From Oceanispirochaeta sp. (GTDB taxonomy: Bacteria; Spirochaetota; Spirochaetia; DSM-2461): DNA of 64,000 nucleotides. Positions 10,190 to 21,513 of this stretch are shown here, in pieces (the first letter of the stretch is position 1; every line of letters starts with the position of its first letter). Below the pieces are notes generated by a model. That model made no database searches. It saw nothing but the letters and a program-made list of their open reading frames with translations, and had not been told where the DNA came from. The position numbers and the translations under genes are program-made. The DNA is taken from the NCBI GenBank assembly GCA_963663385.2, contig CAXXXD010000003.1:544001-608000 (forward strand), written 5' to 3'.

Positions 10190-10372
10190 ACTTCCTCCTC
10201 AAACCTCTCATTTTGGGGAATTCACTACCTGTGTCAATGAATTATAGGGAAAATAAATGTTTTTGTATTTCAGATTTAACTTGACAGAACTGAAAACCTT
10301 GTTTATCTATTTTACATTCAACACTTTTTAAAATGAAGAAATTACGCTATTTCAGCCATTCTGGAGGCATAT

Positions 10373-12733
10373 GTGGCAGCTAAAAAGAAATTACTCATTG
10401 TGGAAAGTCCTGCAAAAGCCAAGACTATCAAAAAAATTCTGGGTAAGGATTTTACTGTAAAAGCCTCTGTGGGTCATATCAGGGATCTTAACAGCAAGGG
10501 GCGTGGTAAAAAAGCCCTCGGTATAGATACGGATAACGGGTATAAGCCCGATTATATTGTTATTAAAGGCAAGGAAAAGACCGTTAAGGAACTGCAGGAT
10601 GCGGCAGCCAAAGCTGATGAAGTCTACCTGGCTCCCGACCCGGACCGGGAAGGAGAAGCAATAGCCTGGCACCTGAAGGAAGTTATCGGTTTAACCGATG
10701 AAGAAGCCCATCGTGTCACTTATTCAGCCATTACAAAAAAAGCCGTACAGCAGGCTCTTGAACACCCCCGTAAAATTGATATGGACAGGGTGAATGCCCA
10801 GCAGGGCCGTCGTATTCTGGACAGGCTTGTAGGTTTCAGTCTCTCTCCCTTCCTCTGGAAAAAGGTAGCCAAGAATCTCAGCGCCGGACGGGTTCAGTCT
10901 GTTGCCGTTCGTATTGTTGTAGACAGGGAGCGGGAAATCAAGGCTTTTGTACCGGAAGAGTTCTGGAGAATTAAAGCCCTGGTTTCTCCGGAAAAAAAGG
11001 AAAAGGATAAATTTGATGCCCTGCTGGTTCGCTGGCAGGGAAAAAAATTCGAACTGGGAAACCCTGTCGCCCAGACAGAGGCTTCCGCCAGAGATGTGGC
11101 GGAACATATACAGAACAGCCCCCTCAGGGTTTTGAAAATAGAAACAAGGGAAGCAAAGGGAAAGACAAGTCCTCCTTTTATTACCTCGACCCTGCAGCAG
11201 GCGGCCAGTACTGCCCTAAACTTTGGTACAAGCAAAACCATGAGCGTGGCCCAGAAACTGTACGAAGGTATGGAGATTGACGGTGTTTCCCAGGGGTTGA
11301 TTACCTATATGAGAACCGACTCTACCAGGATTGCTCCGGAAGCGATGGATGAGGTTAGAACATATATCAGTGACAATTTCGATCCCGAATACCTTCCGGA
11401 AAAACCCCAGATTTACAGTACCAGCAAGAATGCCCAGGATGCCCATGAAGCGATCAGACCCTCTTCTGTTGAACTGACACCTGAAAAAGTTAAGCCCTTT
11501 CTGACCAGGGAACAGTATCGTCTTTATGAGCTGATCTGGCGCCGTTTTGTGGCTTCCCAGATGCCTCCGGCCCTGTATGATGTCACAACACTGACGATAG
11601 AGGCCGGAGAGGGCGAGCTGGAAGCCAAAGGACGTATCACCCGTTTCAAGGGGTATACCATACTGATTCCCGAAGAACAGAAGGGGAAAAAGGATGATGG
11701 TAAATATCAGGACCTGCCGGATATGCAGAAAGCGGATCCCCTGGATCTGCTGAATCTGGATACCACCCGGAATTTTACAAAACCACCGGCCCGGTTTTCC
11801 GAGGCGTCCCTTGTAAAAGCTCTTGAAAAAGAGGGAATCGGCCGTCCTTCTACCTATGCCCCTATCATTAAAACAATCAGTGACAGAGGATATGTGCGCC
11901 TGGAAAACCGCTATTTCCATGCCTCCGAACTGGGAATGGCTGTAAACGATATCCTGGTTCAGAATTTTGAAAATATTATGGATTTGAAGTTCACCGCCGG
12001 GATGGAGAGCGATCTGGACCAGGTGGAAAATGGCCAAACCGACTGGGTGAAACTGGTCGATGATTTCTACCAGCCCTTTCTGGAACGTCTGGATAAGGCC
12101 GGAAAGGAAGCCGAGGCCCTGAAGGGCCGTCCCTGGGAAGGCGAGGAAAAGTGCCCCCTCTGCGGCAGCGGCCTGGTCGTCAGGTATTCGGTTAACGGCG
12201 CTTTTCTGGGATGTGAAAAATACCCCGAATGTAAAGGTCTGATCCCCATGCCCGGAGAGAAAGGGGAGGAGGCTGAACCGGAGGCGGATGTAGACTGTCC
12301 GGAATGCGGCAGCCCCATGATAATGAAAACCTCAAGGTACGGGAAAAAATTCCTGGCCTGTTCCAAATATCCCGAGTGCAAGACAACTCTGTCTGTGGAT
12401 AAAGAGGGGAAACCGGTAGAACTGCCCAAGGTTGAAATGAATTGTGATGTCTGCGGTAAGCCTATGGAAGTTAAAATGGGCCGGAGAGGTCCCTTCCTTG
12501 CCTGTACGGGATACCCCGACTGCAAAAATACCATGCCCCTGGATAAAGAGGGGAAACCGGTTATTCTGCCTAAGGTGGAAGGTGAGGTCTGTGAAAAATG
12601 CGGTAAACCCATGGATGTAAAAATGGGGCGCCGCGGTCCTTTCCTGGCTTGTACGGGATTTCCAAAATGCCGCAATGCCAAACCTCTTCCCGGAGAGGAA
12701 GATAAAAAGGCAAAAAAAGAAGAAAAAGAATAA
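10373..12733 (+). CDS. topA: DNA topoisomerase I with four C-terminal zinc ribbons
   Basis: Motifs IVESPAKAK, DPDREGE, SAGRVQS, ITYMRTD and GIGRPST, plus four C4 repeats. GTG start with GGAGG RBS. Confidence 0.97.
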   Translation: MAAKKKLLIVESPAKAKTIKKILGKDFTVKASVGHIRDLNSKGRGKKALGIDTDNGYKPDYIVIKGKEKTVKELQDAAAKADEVYLAPDPDREGEAIAWHLKEVIGLTDEEAHRVTYSAITKKAVQQALEHPRKIDMDRVNAQQGRRILDRLVGFSLSPFLWKKVAKNLSAGRVQSVAVRIVVDREREIKAFVPEEFWRIKALVSPEKKEKDKFDALLVRWQGKKFELGNPVAQTEASARDVAEHIQNSPLRVLKIETREAKGKTSPPFITSTLQQAASTALNFGTSKTMSVAQKLYEGMEIDGVSQGLITYMRTDSTRIAPEAMDEVRTYISDNFDPEYLPEKPQIYSTSKNAQDAHEAIRPSSVELTPEKVKPFLTREQYRLYELIWRRFVASQMPPALYDVTTLTIEAGEGELEAKGRITRFKGYTILIPEEQKGKKDDGKYQDLPDMQKADPLDLLNLDTTRNFTKPPARFSEASLVKALEKEGIGRPSTYAPIIKTISDRGYVRLENRYFHASELGMAVNDILVQNFENIMDLKFTAGMESDLDQVENGQTDWVKLVDDFYQPFLERLDKAGKEAEALKGRPWEGEEKCPLCGSGLVVRYSVNGAFLGCEKYPECKGLIPMPGEKGEEAEPEADVDCPECGSPMIMKTSRYGKKFLACSKYPECKTTLSVDKEGKPVELPKVEMNCDVCGKPMEVKMGRRGPFLACTGYPDCKNTMPLDKEGKPVILPKVEGEVCEKCGKPMDVKMGRRGPFLACTGFPKCRNAKPLPGEEDKKAKKEEKE

Positions 12734-12813
12734 ACCGGGACTTTTTGTTCCAGCGTTGTTCATGTCGATTTTGCTTTACTTAATGCGAATCAATTCTTAC
12801 TTTTTATATATTG

Positions 12814-12840
12814 CCAGGCCGATCCATTGGATCGGCCTGG
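12814..12840. promoter_or_regulatory. Perfect inverted repeat upstream of ftsH
   Basis: CCAGGCCGATCCA-T-TGGATCGGCCTGG. Function unknown. Confidence 0.45.
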
Positions 12841-12903
12841 TCTTAATTCCCCGGAGAATAAACTCCGCGGGACAGGACCCTGATACGGGTATGAGGTGAA
12901 TAG

Positions 12904-15117
12904 ATGGAAAATAATCCTGAAGATAAAAAAATGAACAGTAAAGGCCAGGATAATAATGACGATTGGCGAAAGCGCTTTAAGGATGAATTGAATCCGGAAA
13001 AAATGGAGCAGCGGGTAAAGAAATTCCGTAACGGCAAGTACCGTTTCTCCTTCTGGTATTTTATTCTGGTTATCCTTGTATTAACCGTATTGAATTTTCT
13101 CTTTATGCGGACTCCCGATGAAGTTATCGAATACAGCGTCTTTAAGGAGAAGGTCGTTCAGGGAGAGATAAAACGGGTTAAACTCACCAATTCGTTCTAT
13201 TACGGCATGACCTATACTTCCGATCAATACACGACTCAAGTGGTTAATTCCCTGACGGACCGTTTAACCGGAAATGACAGTTCCCTGTCCGGAGCCGGGA
13301 TTGTCTACAAAACAGTCCCTATCAATGATGCAGCATTCGTTCCCCTGATGGAGAGTCAGGGGGTCGAGTATTATGCGGAACAGGAAAAAAGAAATTACTT
13401 CCTTGAAATCCTGGTAAGCTGGATTGTACCTCTTCTCTTCCTCTTTTTTATCTGGAGGATGATATTCAAGAGAATGGGAAATATGGGCGGTTCAAATGTC
13501 ATGAGCTTTGGCCAGAACAATTCCAAGATTGTAGCGGAAAATGATCTTAACACACGTTTTAAGGACGTTGCAGGATGCGAAGAGTCCAAGGACGAACTTG
13601 TTGAGGTTGTGGACTTTCTTAAAACTCCCGATAAATATACTTCCATTGGAGGTAAGATTCCAAAAGGGGTGCTCCTGGTAGGCCCTCCTGGAACAGGTAA
13701 AACCCTTATGGCCAGGGCCGTAGCCGGTGAAGCAGGTGTCACTTTCTTCCGCATGAGCGGTGCGGACTTTGTGGAAATGTTTGTGGGTGTCGGTGCCGCC
13801 CGTGTAAGGGATCTGTTTAAACAGGCGCGGGAAAAAGCGCCCTGTATCATCTTTATCGATGAGCTGGACGCCATCGGGAAAAGCCGTGCCGGGGCCATTT
13901 CCACCAATGATGAACGTGAGCAGACACTGAACCAGCTTCTGGTTGAGATGGACGGTTTTGATTCCACGTCTGGTGTTATTATTCTGGCCGCCACCAACAG
14001 ACCGGAAGTACTGGATCCGGCTCTTCTAAGACCGGGGCGATTCGACAGGCAGGTGCTGGTGGATAAACCTGACCTTCTGGGACGGGAAGCCATCCTGAAG
14101 ATTCATTCCAGTGATGTAAAACTGGGAGACTCTGTTAATCTGAAAGACATTGCCAAAGCAACCCCCGGTTTTGTTGGAGCCGATCTGGCAAACATTGTCA
14201 ATGAAGCGGCATTACTGGCTGTCCGAGGCGGAAGGGGTGCTGTTGAAACAAAGGATCTGGAAGAAGCCATAGAAAAAACAATAGCCGGACTGGAAAAAAA
14301 GAACAGATTGATTAATCCCCGGGAAAGGGAAATCGTAGCCTATCACGAGACAGGACATGCTCTGGTAGCGGCTTTTACTCCCGATTCGGACCCGGTACAG
14401 AAAATTTCCATTGTGCCCCGCGGGATGGGCGCTCTGGGGTATACCCTGCAGACTCCAACGGAGGATCGTTTCCTTATGACCCAGGAGGAGCTTATCGGAC
14501 GAATAGACATCCTTCTGGGAGGACGTGCGGCCGAAGAGATTGTATTTGGAAAACTTTCGACAGGTGCTTCCAACGATATAATGAAATCAACGGATATCGC
14601 CCGGAATATGATAACCGAATATGGAATGTCCGAGCGCTTTCGTAATGTGACCCTGACCAAGAGGAACGGTGGCTATCTGGAAGGCGGCGGGGCTCACAAG
14701 GAGTATTCCGAGTCTACTCAGCAGTATATTGATGAAGAAATCTCTCGTTTGATGGAGGAACGTTATACTGCCGTACTGAAGCTTCTGAACAGGCACCGGG
14801 ATCTTCTGGAAAGCATTACGGATCATCTGATGGATGTGGAAGTTGTCTCTTCCGAAGAGTTTCTTGAGTTGATCGGGAAAGATGAGAAGGGCGCTACGGA
14901 GCTGGAATCCCGTAAAGAGCGGGACATGAAAGTTTCTGAAAGGGCGGAGGAGAAAGGCCGCAAGCGGAATGACGCCATCATCGCCCGTAATAAAGCCCGA
15001 GAACTGGCGGAGAAAAACGAACCTCCCCAGGTTAATACGGAGCATAAAAAGGAGACCCCTTTTACAAGGGAGGTTCCTCTGGCCATGCAGGAGGATGAGG
15101 TTAACAAAGAGTCCTGA
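12904..15117 (+). CDS. ftsH: ATP-dependent zinc metalloprotease FtsH
   Basis: Two TM segments, Walker A GPPGTGKT, Walker B FIDE, SRH PGRFDR and zinc motif HETGH. Confidence 0.97.
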   Translation: MENNPEDKKMNSKGQDNNDDWRKRFKDELNPEKMEQRVKKFRNGKYRFSFWYFILVILVLTVLNFLFMRTPDEVIEYSVFKEKVVQGEIKRVKLTNSFYYGMTYTSDQYTTQVVNSLTDRLTGNDSSLSGAGIVYKTVPINDAAFVPLMESQGVEYYAEQEKRNYFLEILVSWIVPLLFLFFIWRMIFKRMGNMGGSNVMSFGQNNSKIVAENDLNTRFKDVAGCEESKDELVEVVDFLKTPDKYTSIGGKIPKGVLLVGPPGTGKTLMARAVAGEAGVTFFRMSGADFVEMFVGVGAARVRDLFKQAREKAPCIIFIDELDAIGKSRAGAISTNDEREQTLNQLLVEMDGFDSTSGVIILAATNRPEVLDPALLRPGRFDRQVLVDKPDLLGREAILKIHSSDVKLGDSVNLKDIAKATPGFVGADLANIVNEAALLAVRGGRGAVETKDLEEAIEKTIAGLEKKNRLINPREREIVAYHETGHALVAAFTPDSDPVQKISIVPRGMGALGYTLQTPTEDRFLMTQEELIGRIDILLGGRAAEEIVFGKLSTGASNDIMKSTDIARNMITEYGMSERFRNVTLTKRNGGYLEGGGAHKEYSESTQQYIDEEISRLMEERYTAVLKLLNRHRDLLESITDHLMDVEVVSSEEFLELIGKDEKGATELESRKERDMKVSERAEEKGRKRNDAIIARNKARELAEKNEPPQVNTEHKKETPFTREVPLAMQEDEVNKES

Positions 15118-15139
15118 TTTTTGTATCTGATCTATTTCG

Positions 15140-15170
15140 AGCCCGGAAAACTGTTTTCCGGGCTTTTTTT
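15140..15170 (+). terminator. Intrinsic terminator after ftsH
   Basis: AGCCCGGAAAA-ctg-TTTTCCGGGCT followed by a T-run. Confidence 0.9.
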
Positions 15171-15228
15171 AATCAAATTTTGTTGTTTTGTATGTATATA
15201 TCACGTTACTATAAATTCGGAGGCCTGC

Positions 15229-16656
15229 ATGAACTTTCACTGGACTTTATTTGTTGATCTTGGAATTATCTCTCTGGGGTTGCTTCTGGGAACGATGATC
15301 CGTTCCAAAGTACGTTTTTTTCAGAAGTATCTTATACCGAATTCCCTGACTGCAGGTTTTATGCTGCTTATCTTCTATAACTGGATAGCTCCCGGACTGG
15401 GGATCAATACGGTATCTCTTGAAAATATTGTCTATCATTTTTTGAATTTGTCTTTTATTGCCATGATCCTCCGCATAGGCAGTAAGGTTCATTCCGATAA
15501 AAAAGCTGTAATTTCCATGGCAACAACACTTATCGCCCAGTACGGGCTTCAGTGTTTTCTGGGAACAGCCCTGACCCTGTTTCTGATTAAAACGTTTTTT
15601 CCGGATCTGTTTCCCGGATTCGGTTTGTTTTCAACCCTTGGTTTTTCTCTGGGGCCGGGACAGGCATTTGCCATCGGTACGGGATGGGAGGCCATGGGCT
15701 TTGAGGGGCTGAGCTCTGTCGGTTTGACTTTCGGAGCCATAGGGTTTCTGCTGGCTTGCTTCGGCGGTATATTCCTTATCAATTTCGGGTTGAGAAAAAA
15801 ATGGATATATCCGGAGCAGTTGACCGGGCTCAAGTCCCGCACCATTATGAAAGGAGTTGTAAAAAGAGGGGATGAGATACCGGAAGGAATGGTTCAGGAT
15901 AAAACCTCCTCCGAAGCGATCGATCCTTTTTCTTTCAATGCCGCTCTGGTACTCGGCACTTATCTGCTCTCCTTTCTGGTTATGAAACTTTTGAATCTCC
16001 TTCTGGCGCTGGCCGGCCCCATGGGACAGGAACTGGCGGTTAACCTGTGGGGCATTATGTTTATTTTCTGCGCCCTGACAGCCATGGTTGTTAAAAAAAT
16101 TATGATGATTCTGAGGGTTGAGTTTATTGTGGACGATCAGAGGCTGACGCGCATCGCCGGTTTTTCCGTTGATTTTATGGTGGCATCCGCTGTGGGTGCT
16201 ATTTCCATCGCTGTATTAAAAAGCTACTGGATCCCCATCCTTGTTGTCGCAGGTGTGGTAGGGGTGGTTACCATCATTACCCATATCTGGCTCTCATCCA
16301 GGATTTTTGATGATCACTCCTTTTACAGAGCCATACTGGTATACGGTTGTGTCACAGGAACTCTGCCTACCGGGCTGGCTCTGCTCAGGATTATCGATCC
16401 GCAATTTGAAACACCTGCTTCCAAAGATTATATGTATGCTTCGGGCATTGTCTTTTTGTTTGTTATCCCCATACTGATAACGGCCAATATGCCGGCCTAC
16501 GGGGCTCTGAAAGGATCATTGACAGAAACCTATATAGTGCTGGGGCTGTATGCTTTTTATGTGGTCCTCTGTTTTGCCGCTTACCTGTGGCTTTCCGGTC
16601 AAAACCGTTTCAACCGTCCGGCCGATCTGTGGCTTCATCAGAAGGATTTGAAGTAG
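15229..16656 (+). CDS. Sodium:glutamate symporter (GltS/ESS) family transporter
   Basis: Polytopic membrane protein with FFQKYLIP, GFSLGPG and YG..TGTLPTGLALLRIIDP. GGAGG precedes ATG 15229. Confidence 0.8.
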   Translation: MNFHWTLFVDLGIISLGLLLGTMIRSKVRFFQKYLIPNSLTAGFMLLIFYNWIAPGLGINTVSLENIVYHFLNLSFIAMILRIGSKVHSDKKAVISMATTLIAQYGLQCFLGTALTLFLIKTFFPDLFPGFGLFSTLGFSLGPGQAFAIGTGWEAMGFEGLSSVGLTFGAIGFLLACFGGIFLINFGLRKKWIYPEQLTGLKSRTIMKGVVKRGDEIPEGMVQDKTSSEAIDPFSFNAALVLGTYLLSFLVMKLLNLLLALAGPMGQELAVNLWGIMFIFCALTAMVVKKIMMILRVEFIVDDQRLTRIAGFSVDFMVASAVGAISIAVLKSYWIPILVVAGVVGVVTIITHIWLSSRIFDDHSFYRAILVYGCVTGTLPTGLALLRIIDPQFETPASKDYMYASGIVFLFVIPILITANMPAYGALKGSLTETYIVLGLYAFYVVLCFAAYLWLSGQNRFNRPADLWLHQKDLK

Positions 16657-16710
16657 AGTCCTTATTTCAGGCTTGTATAAAACGGCAATAATCCGCTTTG
16701 TTTATAATCT

Positions 16711-16745
16711 AAAAAAAGCTGCTGCAATTATCCTTTTGCAGCAGC
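16711..16745 (-). terminator. Intrinsic terminator after hflC
   Basis: GCTGCTGCAA-N8-TTGCAGCAGC preceded by A7 on the + strand. Confidence 0.75.
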
Positions 16746-16770
16746 CCCTATAACAGTAATAAGCTAAATA

Positions 16771-17751
16771 TTATCTTCCCGGATCGTAGAGGTAATCAAA
16801 ATATTCCATATCCGTAGTAAGTGTTTTTTCCAGAGAGGGCAGGATATTCTTGTAGGATTCCATGGACTTCCAGAAGTTGTAGAAGTCAGGATCCTGTCCG
16901 AATACTTCGGCATAGATCCTGGTGGCCTGGGCATCAGCCCGACCCTTGATCTCTTCCGATTCTGCATAGGCGCTGGATATAATGGATTTTTTCTCCCTCT
17001 CCAGTTTACCCATCCACTCGGCTTTCTGGCCTTCTCCGAAAGAACGGTAGGCCTGGGCAATCTGGTTCCTTTCCGAAATCATTCTGGCATAGACGGACTG
17101 GGTCAGATCATCGGAGTATCGTATCTGCCGGATAACAACATCAATTAGTTCAATACCGTACTGAGGGACGATGATCTGTGCTCTTTCAAGCACCTGATCT
17201 GAAATTTTTCTTCGTCCCATATTGATTTTGGGAAAGGTTGAACCGGTTGTAAAAGAGAAATTGGGGCCCCCCTCTGTTTCTTCAGAAACCAGTTGAGCTG
17301 CCTGATCTTCCTGAGACGCCGTTATTATCTGATCACTGCTTCTTACTGATTCCGCTAATGGATTCTGGGCAATAATGGTTCTTACAGCCGAATCAATAAC
17401 ATCATCCAGTCTGGCATAAGCCTGATTCATGCTTGTCACGGACTCGTAGAATTTAGCCGGATCGTTAATCTTCCACCGTGCTGTAGTATCCACCCAGATA
17501 AACTGATTTTCGGAAGTGGGAAGCCGCTGGGGGTCTCCATCCCAGGAAAGGATACGGCTTGAATAACGGCTTATGTTATCCACAAAGGGCATACGGATTT
17601 TCAAACCGGCATCCGTTTCCGTCTTTACAATTTTACCAAAGCGGGTTACAACCGCCTGTTCCCCTTCGGGGACAATGTAGAATGGGCCCAGGAATGCCAC
17701 CAGGGCAATCAGGACAAGAATAATAACTAGAAGCCTGACGCTTTTGTTCAT
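16771..17751 (-). CDS. hflC: Protease modulator HflC
   Basis: N-terminal TM and SPFH domain, with RMISER and DPDFYNF..S..SY. Confidence 0.93.
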   Translation of the reverse strand: MNKSVRLLVIILVLIALVAFLGPFYIVPEGEQAVVTRFGKIVKTETDAGLKIRMPFVDNISRYSSRILSWDGDPQRLPTSENQFIWVDTTARWKINDPAKFYESVTSMNQAYARLDDVIDSAVRTIIAQNPLAESVRSSDQIITASQEDQAAQLVSEETEGGPNFSFTTGSTFPKINMGRRKISDQVLERAQIIVPQYGIELIDVVIRQIRYSDDLTQSVYARMISERNQIAQAYRSFGEGQKAEWMGKLEREKKSIISSAYAESEEIKGRADAQATRIYAEVFGQDPDFYNFWKSMESYKNILPSLEKTLTTDMEYFDYLYDPGR

Positions 17752-18734
17752 TGAACACCTCCTGCCTGACCTATCGATTTAAAGGGCAGGAAATTTTCCA
17801 GGTTCTTATCCAGGATATCAACCGTACCCTTCTGTCCAAAAACCTCTTCGATCATTTCATAATAGAGCCGGTCCCTCGTGACGGAAGGACTCTTTTTATA
17901 TTCTTCAAGAACAGATGCAAACCGCGCTGTATCTCCGTTCGCCCGGTTAACCCGTTCTGTGGCATAACCTTCGGCAATCTGGATTATCTGCTGTTTCTGA
18001 CCGGTAGCTTTGGGAATCTCCGTATTGTAGGCTTCCTTTCCTTCATTGATCAGACGATTCATATCCTGAATGGCTTTATTAACGTCTTCGAAAGCATCCT
18101 GAACTTCTCCCTCAGGAGGAACGATATTCTGCAATTTGACTGTTGTCAGCTGGATCCCGAGACCGTAGTTGTCCAGAATTTTCTGTATCATCTGAATGCT
18201 CTCATCTTCAATGTTGGTTCTCTCTGAACCGATAACGTTAAGAATCGCCCTGTCACCAACAAGCTGATTCACAGCAGACTGGGAAATATCCCGTATGGTT
18301 TTTTCCTTGTTGTTGACATTAAAGAGCCAGGCATTCGGATCGACAATCCTGTACTGAATAATCCAGGATACATCCACGATATTCAGATCTCCCGTCAGCA
18401 TTACAGACTCATTGGAAAAATCCTTTTGCGAGTAGATAGTCTGAATTCCGGCACTGTCTGTCCTGAAACCAAACTGCATGGTCTGAATAACTTTAGTTGG
18501 TACTTTATAGACCCTTTCGATACCGAGGGGCAGTTTATACTGCAGACCGGGACCAGTGGTCCGGCTGTAACGTCCCAGGGTGAGAACGACGGCTTCTTCC
18601 GTCTGATCCACTACATATACTCCGCTCAGAATACTGAGAGCAATGACAATTACGATCAAAGCTGTCCAAATAAACGATGGCTTCATATTCAGATTTATCT
18701 TTCCCTTTTGCGGAGAGACATCTCTTTCAGGCAT
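17748..18734 (-). CDS. hflK: Protease modulator HflK
   Basis: SPFH domain with MLTGDLNIV and VQDAFEDVNKA. ATGA overlap with hflC. Confidence 0.93.
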   Translation of the reverse strand: MPERDVSPQKGKINLNMKPSFIWTALIVIVIALSILSGVYVVDQTEEAVVLTLGRYSRTTGPGLQYKLPLGIERVYKVPTKVIQTMQFGFRTDSAGIQTIYSQKDFSNESVMLTGDLNIVDVSWIIQYRIVDPNAWLFNVNNKEKTIRDISQSAVNQLVGDRAILNVIGSERTNIEDESIQMIQKILDNYGLGIQLTTVKLQNIVPPEGEVQDAFEDVNKAIQDMNRLINEGKEAYNTEIPKATGQKQQIIQIAEGYATERVNRANGDTARFASVLEEYKKSPSVTRDRLYYEMIEEVFGQKGTVDILDKNLENFLPFKSIGQAGGVQ

Positions 18735-18980
18735 AGCTCACCTCCATTTTCAAATTTTACAGGTAGTATAAAAGAATCTCTGTTTAAAAGAAACAATTCT
18801 TTTTCTTACCATTCATTAAACTTACAAAACCCTATGGGATGGGTCAAGTTAAATCCGGATTATGAACGGGTTGTTCGAATTTGCCGGGGCTGTTTGATTT
18901 ATGTTCGTACCCCGGTTCCTTCATTCAGGCGTAATTCTTTTTATAATGGTATAATAAAGGTAGAAGACAGGAGGAGCACT

Positions 18981-19193
18981 ATGGTAAATGAAGTGTTAAT
19001 TCTCATATCAGGAACTGTATGTCTGCTCTTCTCAGTCAATTTTCTGTTTATTGTTCCCGGAAAATTGAAGATTTCAGAAAGTCTCCCTGATGAAGAGAAA
19101 AAAAGAAAAACATCCCTCAGCCGTTTTACGGGATTATTACTGCTTTCTGCAGGAATTGTGTTATATATGATTTACGCCGTCCTGTTTCTGTAA
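18981..19193 (+). CDS. Small two-TM hypothetical membrane protein (70 aa)
   Basis: AGGAGG RBS precedes ATG 18981. Two hydrophobic helices; this is the C-terminal part of ORF 18426..19193. Confidence 0.65.
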   Translation: MVNEVLILISGTVCLLFSVNFLFIVPGKLKISESLPDEEKKRKTSLSRFTGLLLLSAGIVLYMIYAVLFL

Positions 19194-19242
19194 GCTTTAC
19201 CGGTAGAGATCTGCCTGTGGGTAATGGCATTCTCCTCTCATC

Positions 19243-19271
19243 TTGACAATATACAGGCCTGAAACTATGAT
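19243..19271 (+). promoter_or_regulatory. Sigma70-type promoter of metG
   Basis: TTGACA-N17-TATGAT. Confidence 0.7.
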
Positions 19272-19347
19272 ATTCCAAGGCTTCAACGACGTATGCTCAA
19301 GGCGTATCGCCGATCCTATAAATCATTTCAATACAAGAGGTTTTGCC

Positions 19348-21510
19348 GTGAAAAAAAGACTCGTAACTTCTGCCTTACCCTATGTAAATAATATCCCCCA
19401 TCTGGGAAATATCATACAGGTTCTTTCTGCCGATGTATTTGCCCGTTTCTGCCGCCAGGCAGGCTATGAAACCCTTTATGTATGCGGTACCGATGAATAT
19501 GGCACCGCAACCGAGACTAAAGCCCTGGAAGAGGGCGTTTCTCCCCGTGAACTCTGTGACCGTTTTAACAGGATTCACACAGAAATCTATCAGTGGTTCA
19601 ATATCAACTTTGATTACTTTGGACGGACATCCACTCCACAGCAGACAGAAATTGTTCAGCACCTTTTCAGGAAAGTGGATGAAGCGGGGCTGATTAACGA
19701 AAAAACCATAGAACAGCTCTACTGCAACAGCTGTGAACGTTTTCTGGCCGACCGCTATGTTGAAGGGACCTGCCCCCATTGCGGCAGTGAAAATGCCCGG
19801 GGAGATCAGTGTGAAGACTGCGGTAAACTCCTGGAACCCACTGAACTTGTCAATCCACGCTGCGGAACCTGCGGAGCCACCCCCGAAATAAAGAGTACAA
19901 AGCATCTTTATATAGATCTGCCTGCGGTTCTTCCCAGGCTGGAAGCCTGGATGGAAAAAGCTTCCGTCGACGGTTTCTGGGCCAAAAATGCGGTTCAGAT
20001 GACAAAAAGCTGGATCCGGGACGGTTTGAAAGAGCGCGCTATCACCCGTGACCTGAAATGGGGAATACCCGTTCCCAGGGAAGGTTATGAAGACAAGGTT
20101 TTCTATGTCTGGTTTGATGCTCCCATTGGTTATATTTCCATTTCGTCCTGTCATACGGACAACTGGAAGGACTGGTGGCAGGATCCCGATAATACAGAGC
20201 TTTTTCAGTTTATTGGAAAAGACAATATTCCCTTCCACACGGTTATTTTCCCGTCCACACTGCTGGGGAGCGGAGAAAACTGGACCATGCTCCATCACAT
20301 GTCTTCCAGTGAATACCTGAATTACGAAAACACAAAGTTCTCCAAAAGCAAGGGAATCGGTGTTTTTGGCAACGACTGTCAGGATACGGGAATTCCTGCC
20401 GATGTATGGCGTTTCTATATTTTCTACAATAGACCCGAAAAGTCGGATACCCAGTTTACATGGTCCGACTTTCAGGAAAAGGTTAATTCCGAACTCATTG
20501 GCAACCTGGGTAACCTTGTAAACCGGACCCTGACCTTTACCAGCCGCTTCTTTGACGGCAAGGTGCCCGAAGGGAAGGTTGACGAAGCTTTCTGGGCTGA
20601 AGTAAAAGCCAGGGAGAAGGATATTACCGAACGCCTGGACCGGGCAGAACTCAGGGATGCTTTTAAAGAGATGCTTCAGCTGAGTTCTCTGGGCAACAAA
20701 GCCTTTCAGGAGGGGGAACCCTGGCGTACCCGTAAAGACGATCCCGAGGCTGCGGGGTCTCTGCTGATGAATCTGATCTATCTGGTAAGGGACCTGGCGA
20801 TTCTTGTTCATCCCTACATTCCCGAGACTGCTGAAAAAATGGCGGCCCAGCTTGGTTTGAGCGACCTTAAATGGGAACACCTTGGACAGATGGAGGGAAT
20901 CGGAACCATCGGCAATCCGGAAATCCTCTTTCAGAAACTGGAAGATGAGCTGATAGAAGAGCTGAGAATCCGTTATTCCGGCAGTCAGGCCGACCGTGCG
21001 GCAGCCGAAGCGGAATCCTCTGCAGAATCTGAATTCCGCAGCACCATAGATCTTCGGGTTGCCAATATTGTGAAAGCCGAACAGCACCCCGATGCGGAAA
21101 AGCTCTATGTGATTACCCTTGATGCGGGAGAAGAGGAACACCGGACTATCTGCAGCGGTCTGGTCGGACACTACACCATTGACGAACTGAACGGCAGGAA
21201 TATTATTCTGGCTTACAACCTGAAACCGGCCAAGCTCCGTGGAATCAAATCCAACGGAATGCTTCTGGCAGCGGAAAACAAAAAGGATATGGAAGTGATT
21301 TTCCCTGCAAATGGAAAACCCGGCGACCGTGTTCTTCTGAATGGAGATGCCCCCGATACGGACGCTCCTTCCAAAAAGATTAAAATCGACCGTTTCTTTG
21401 AGATTCCCATTAAAGTGGAGGGGTATGAAGTAAAGGTCGGGGGAACAGCCCTGACCATTAACGGAGATGTCGTTAAAACCAGCCGGGTTGAAGCCGGTGA
21501 AGTAGGCTGA
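19348..21510 (+). CDS. metG: Methionine--tRNA ligase with C-terminal tRNA-binding (OB) domain
   Basis: TSALPYVN..PHLGN (HIGH), Zn knuckles, KFSKS and a C-terminal HPDAEKL domain. GTG start at 19348. Confidence 0.97.
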   Translation: MKKRLVTSALPYVNNIPHLGNIIQVLSADVFARFCRQAGYETLYVCGTDEYGTATETKALEEGVSPRELCDRFNRIHTEIYQWFNINFDYFGRTSTPQQTEIVQHLFRKVDEAGLINEKTIEQLYCNSCERFLADRYVEGTCPHCGSENARGDQCEDCGKLLEPTELVNPRCGTCGATPEIKSTKHLYIDLPAVLPRLEAWMEKASVDGFWAKNAVQMTKSWIRDGLKERAITRDLKWGIPVPREGYEDKVFYVWFDAPIGYISISSCHTDNWKDWWQDPDNTELFQFIGKDNIPFHTVIFPSTLLGSGENWTMLHHMSSSEYLNYENTKFSKSKGIGVFGNDCQDTGIPADVWRFYIFYNRPEKSDTQFTWSDFQEKVNSELIGNLGNLVNRTLTFTSRFFDGKVPEGKVDEAFWAEVKAREKDITERLDRAELRDAFKEMLQLSSLGNKAFQEGEPWRTRKDDPEAAGSLLMNLIYLVRDLAILVHPYIPETAEKMAAQLGLSDLKWEHLGQMEGIGTIGNPEILFQKLEDELIEELRIRYSGSQADRAAAEAESSAESEFRSTIDLRVANIVKAEQHPDAEKLYVITLDAGEEEHRTICSGLVGHYTIDELNGRNIILAYNLKPAKLRGIKSNGMLLAAENKKDMEVIFPANGKPGDRVLLNGDAPDTDAPSKKIKIDRFFEIPIKVEGYEVKVGGTALTINGDVVKTSRVEAGEVG

Positions 21511-21513
21511 TCT

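Noticed and set aside
18855..18930. GGGGCTG-containing stem region as a possible tmRNA or SRP RNA
   Set aside because: It lacks the conserved tmRNA termini and the SRP domain IV motif.
18426..18980. N-terminal part of the 255-aa ORF
   Set aside because: It overlaps hflK on the opposite strand. Only the last 70 codons have an RBS and a plausible protein.
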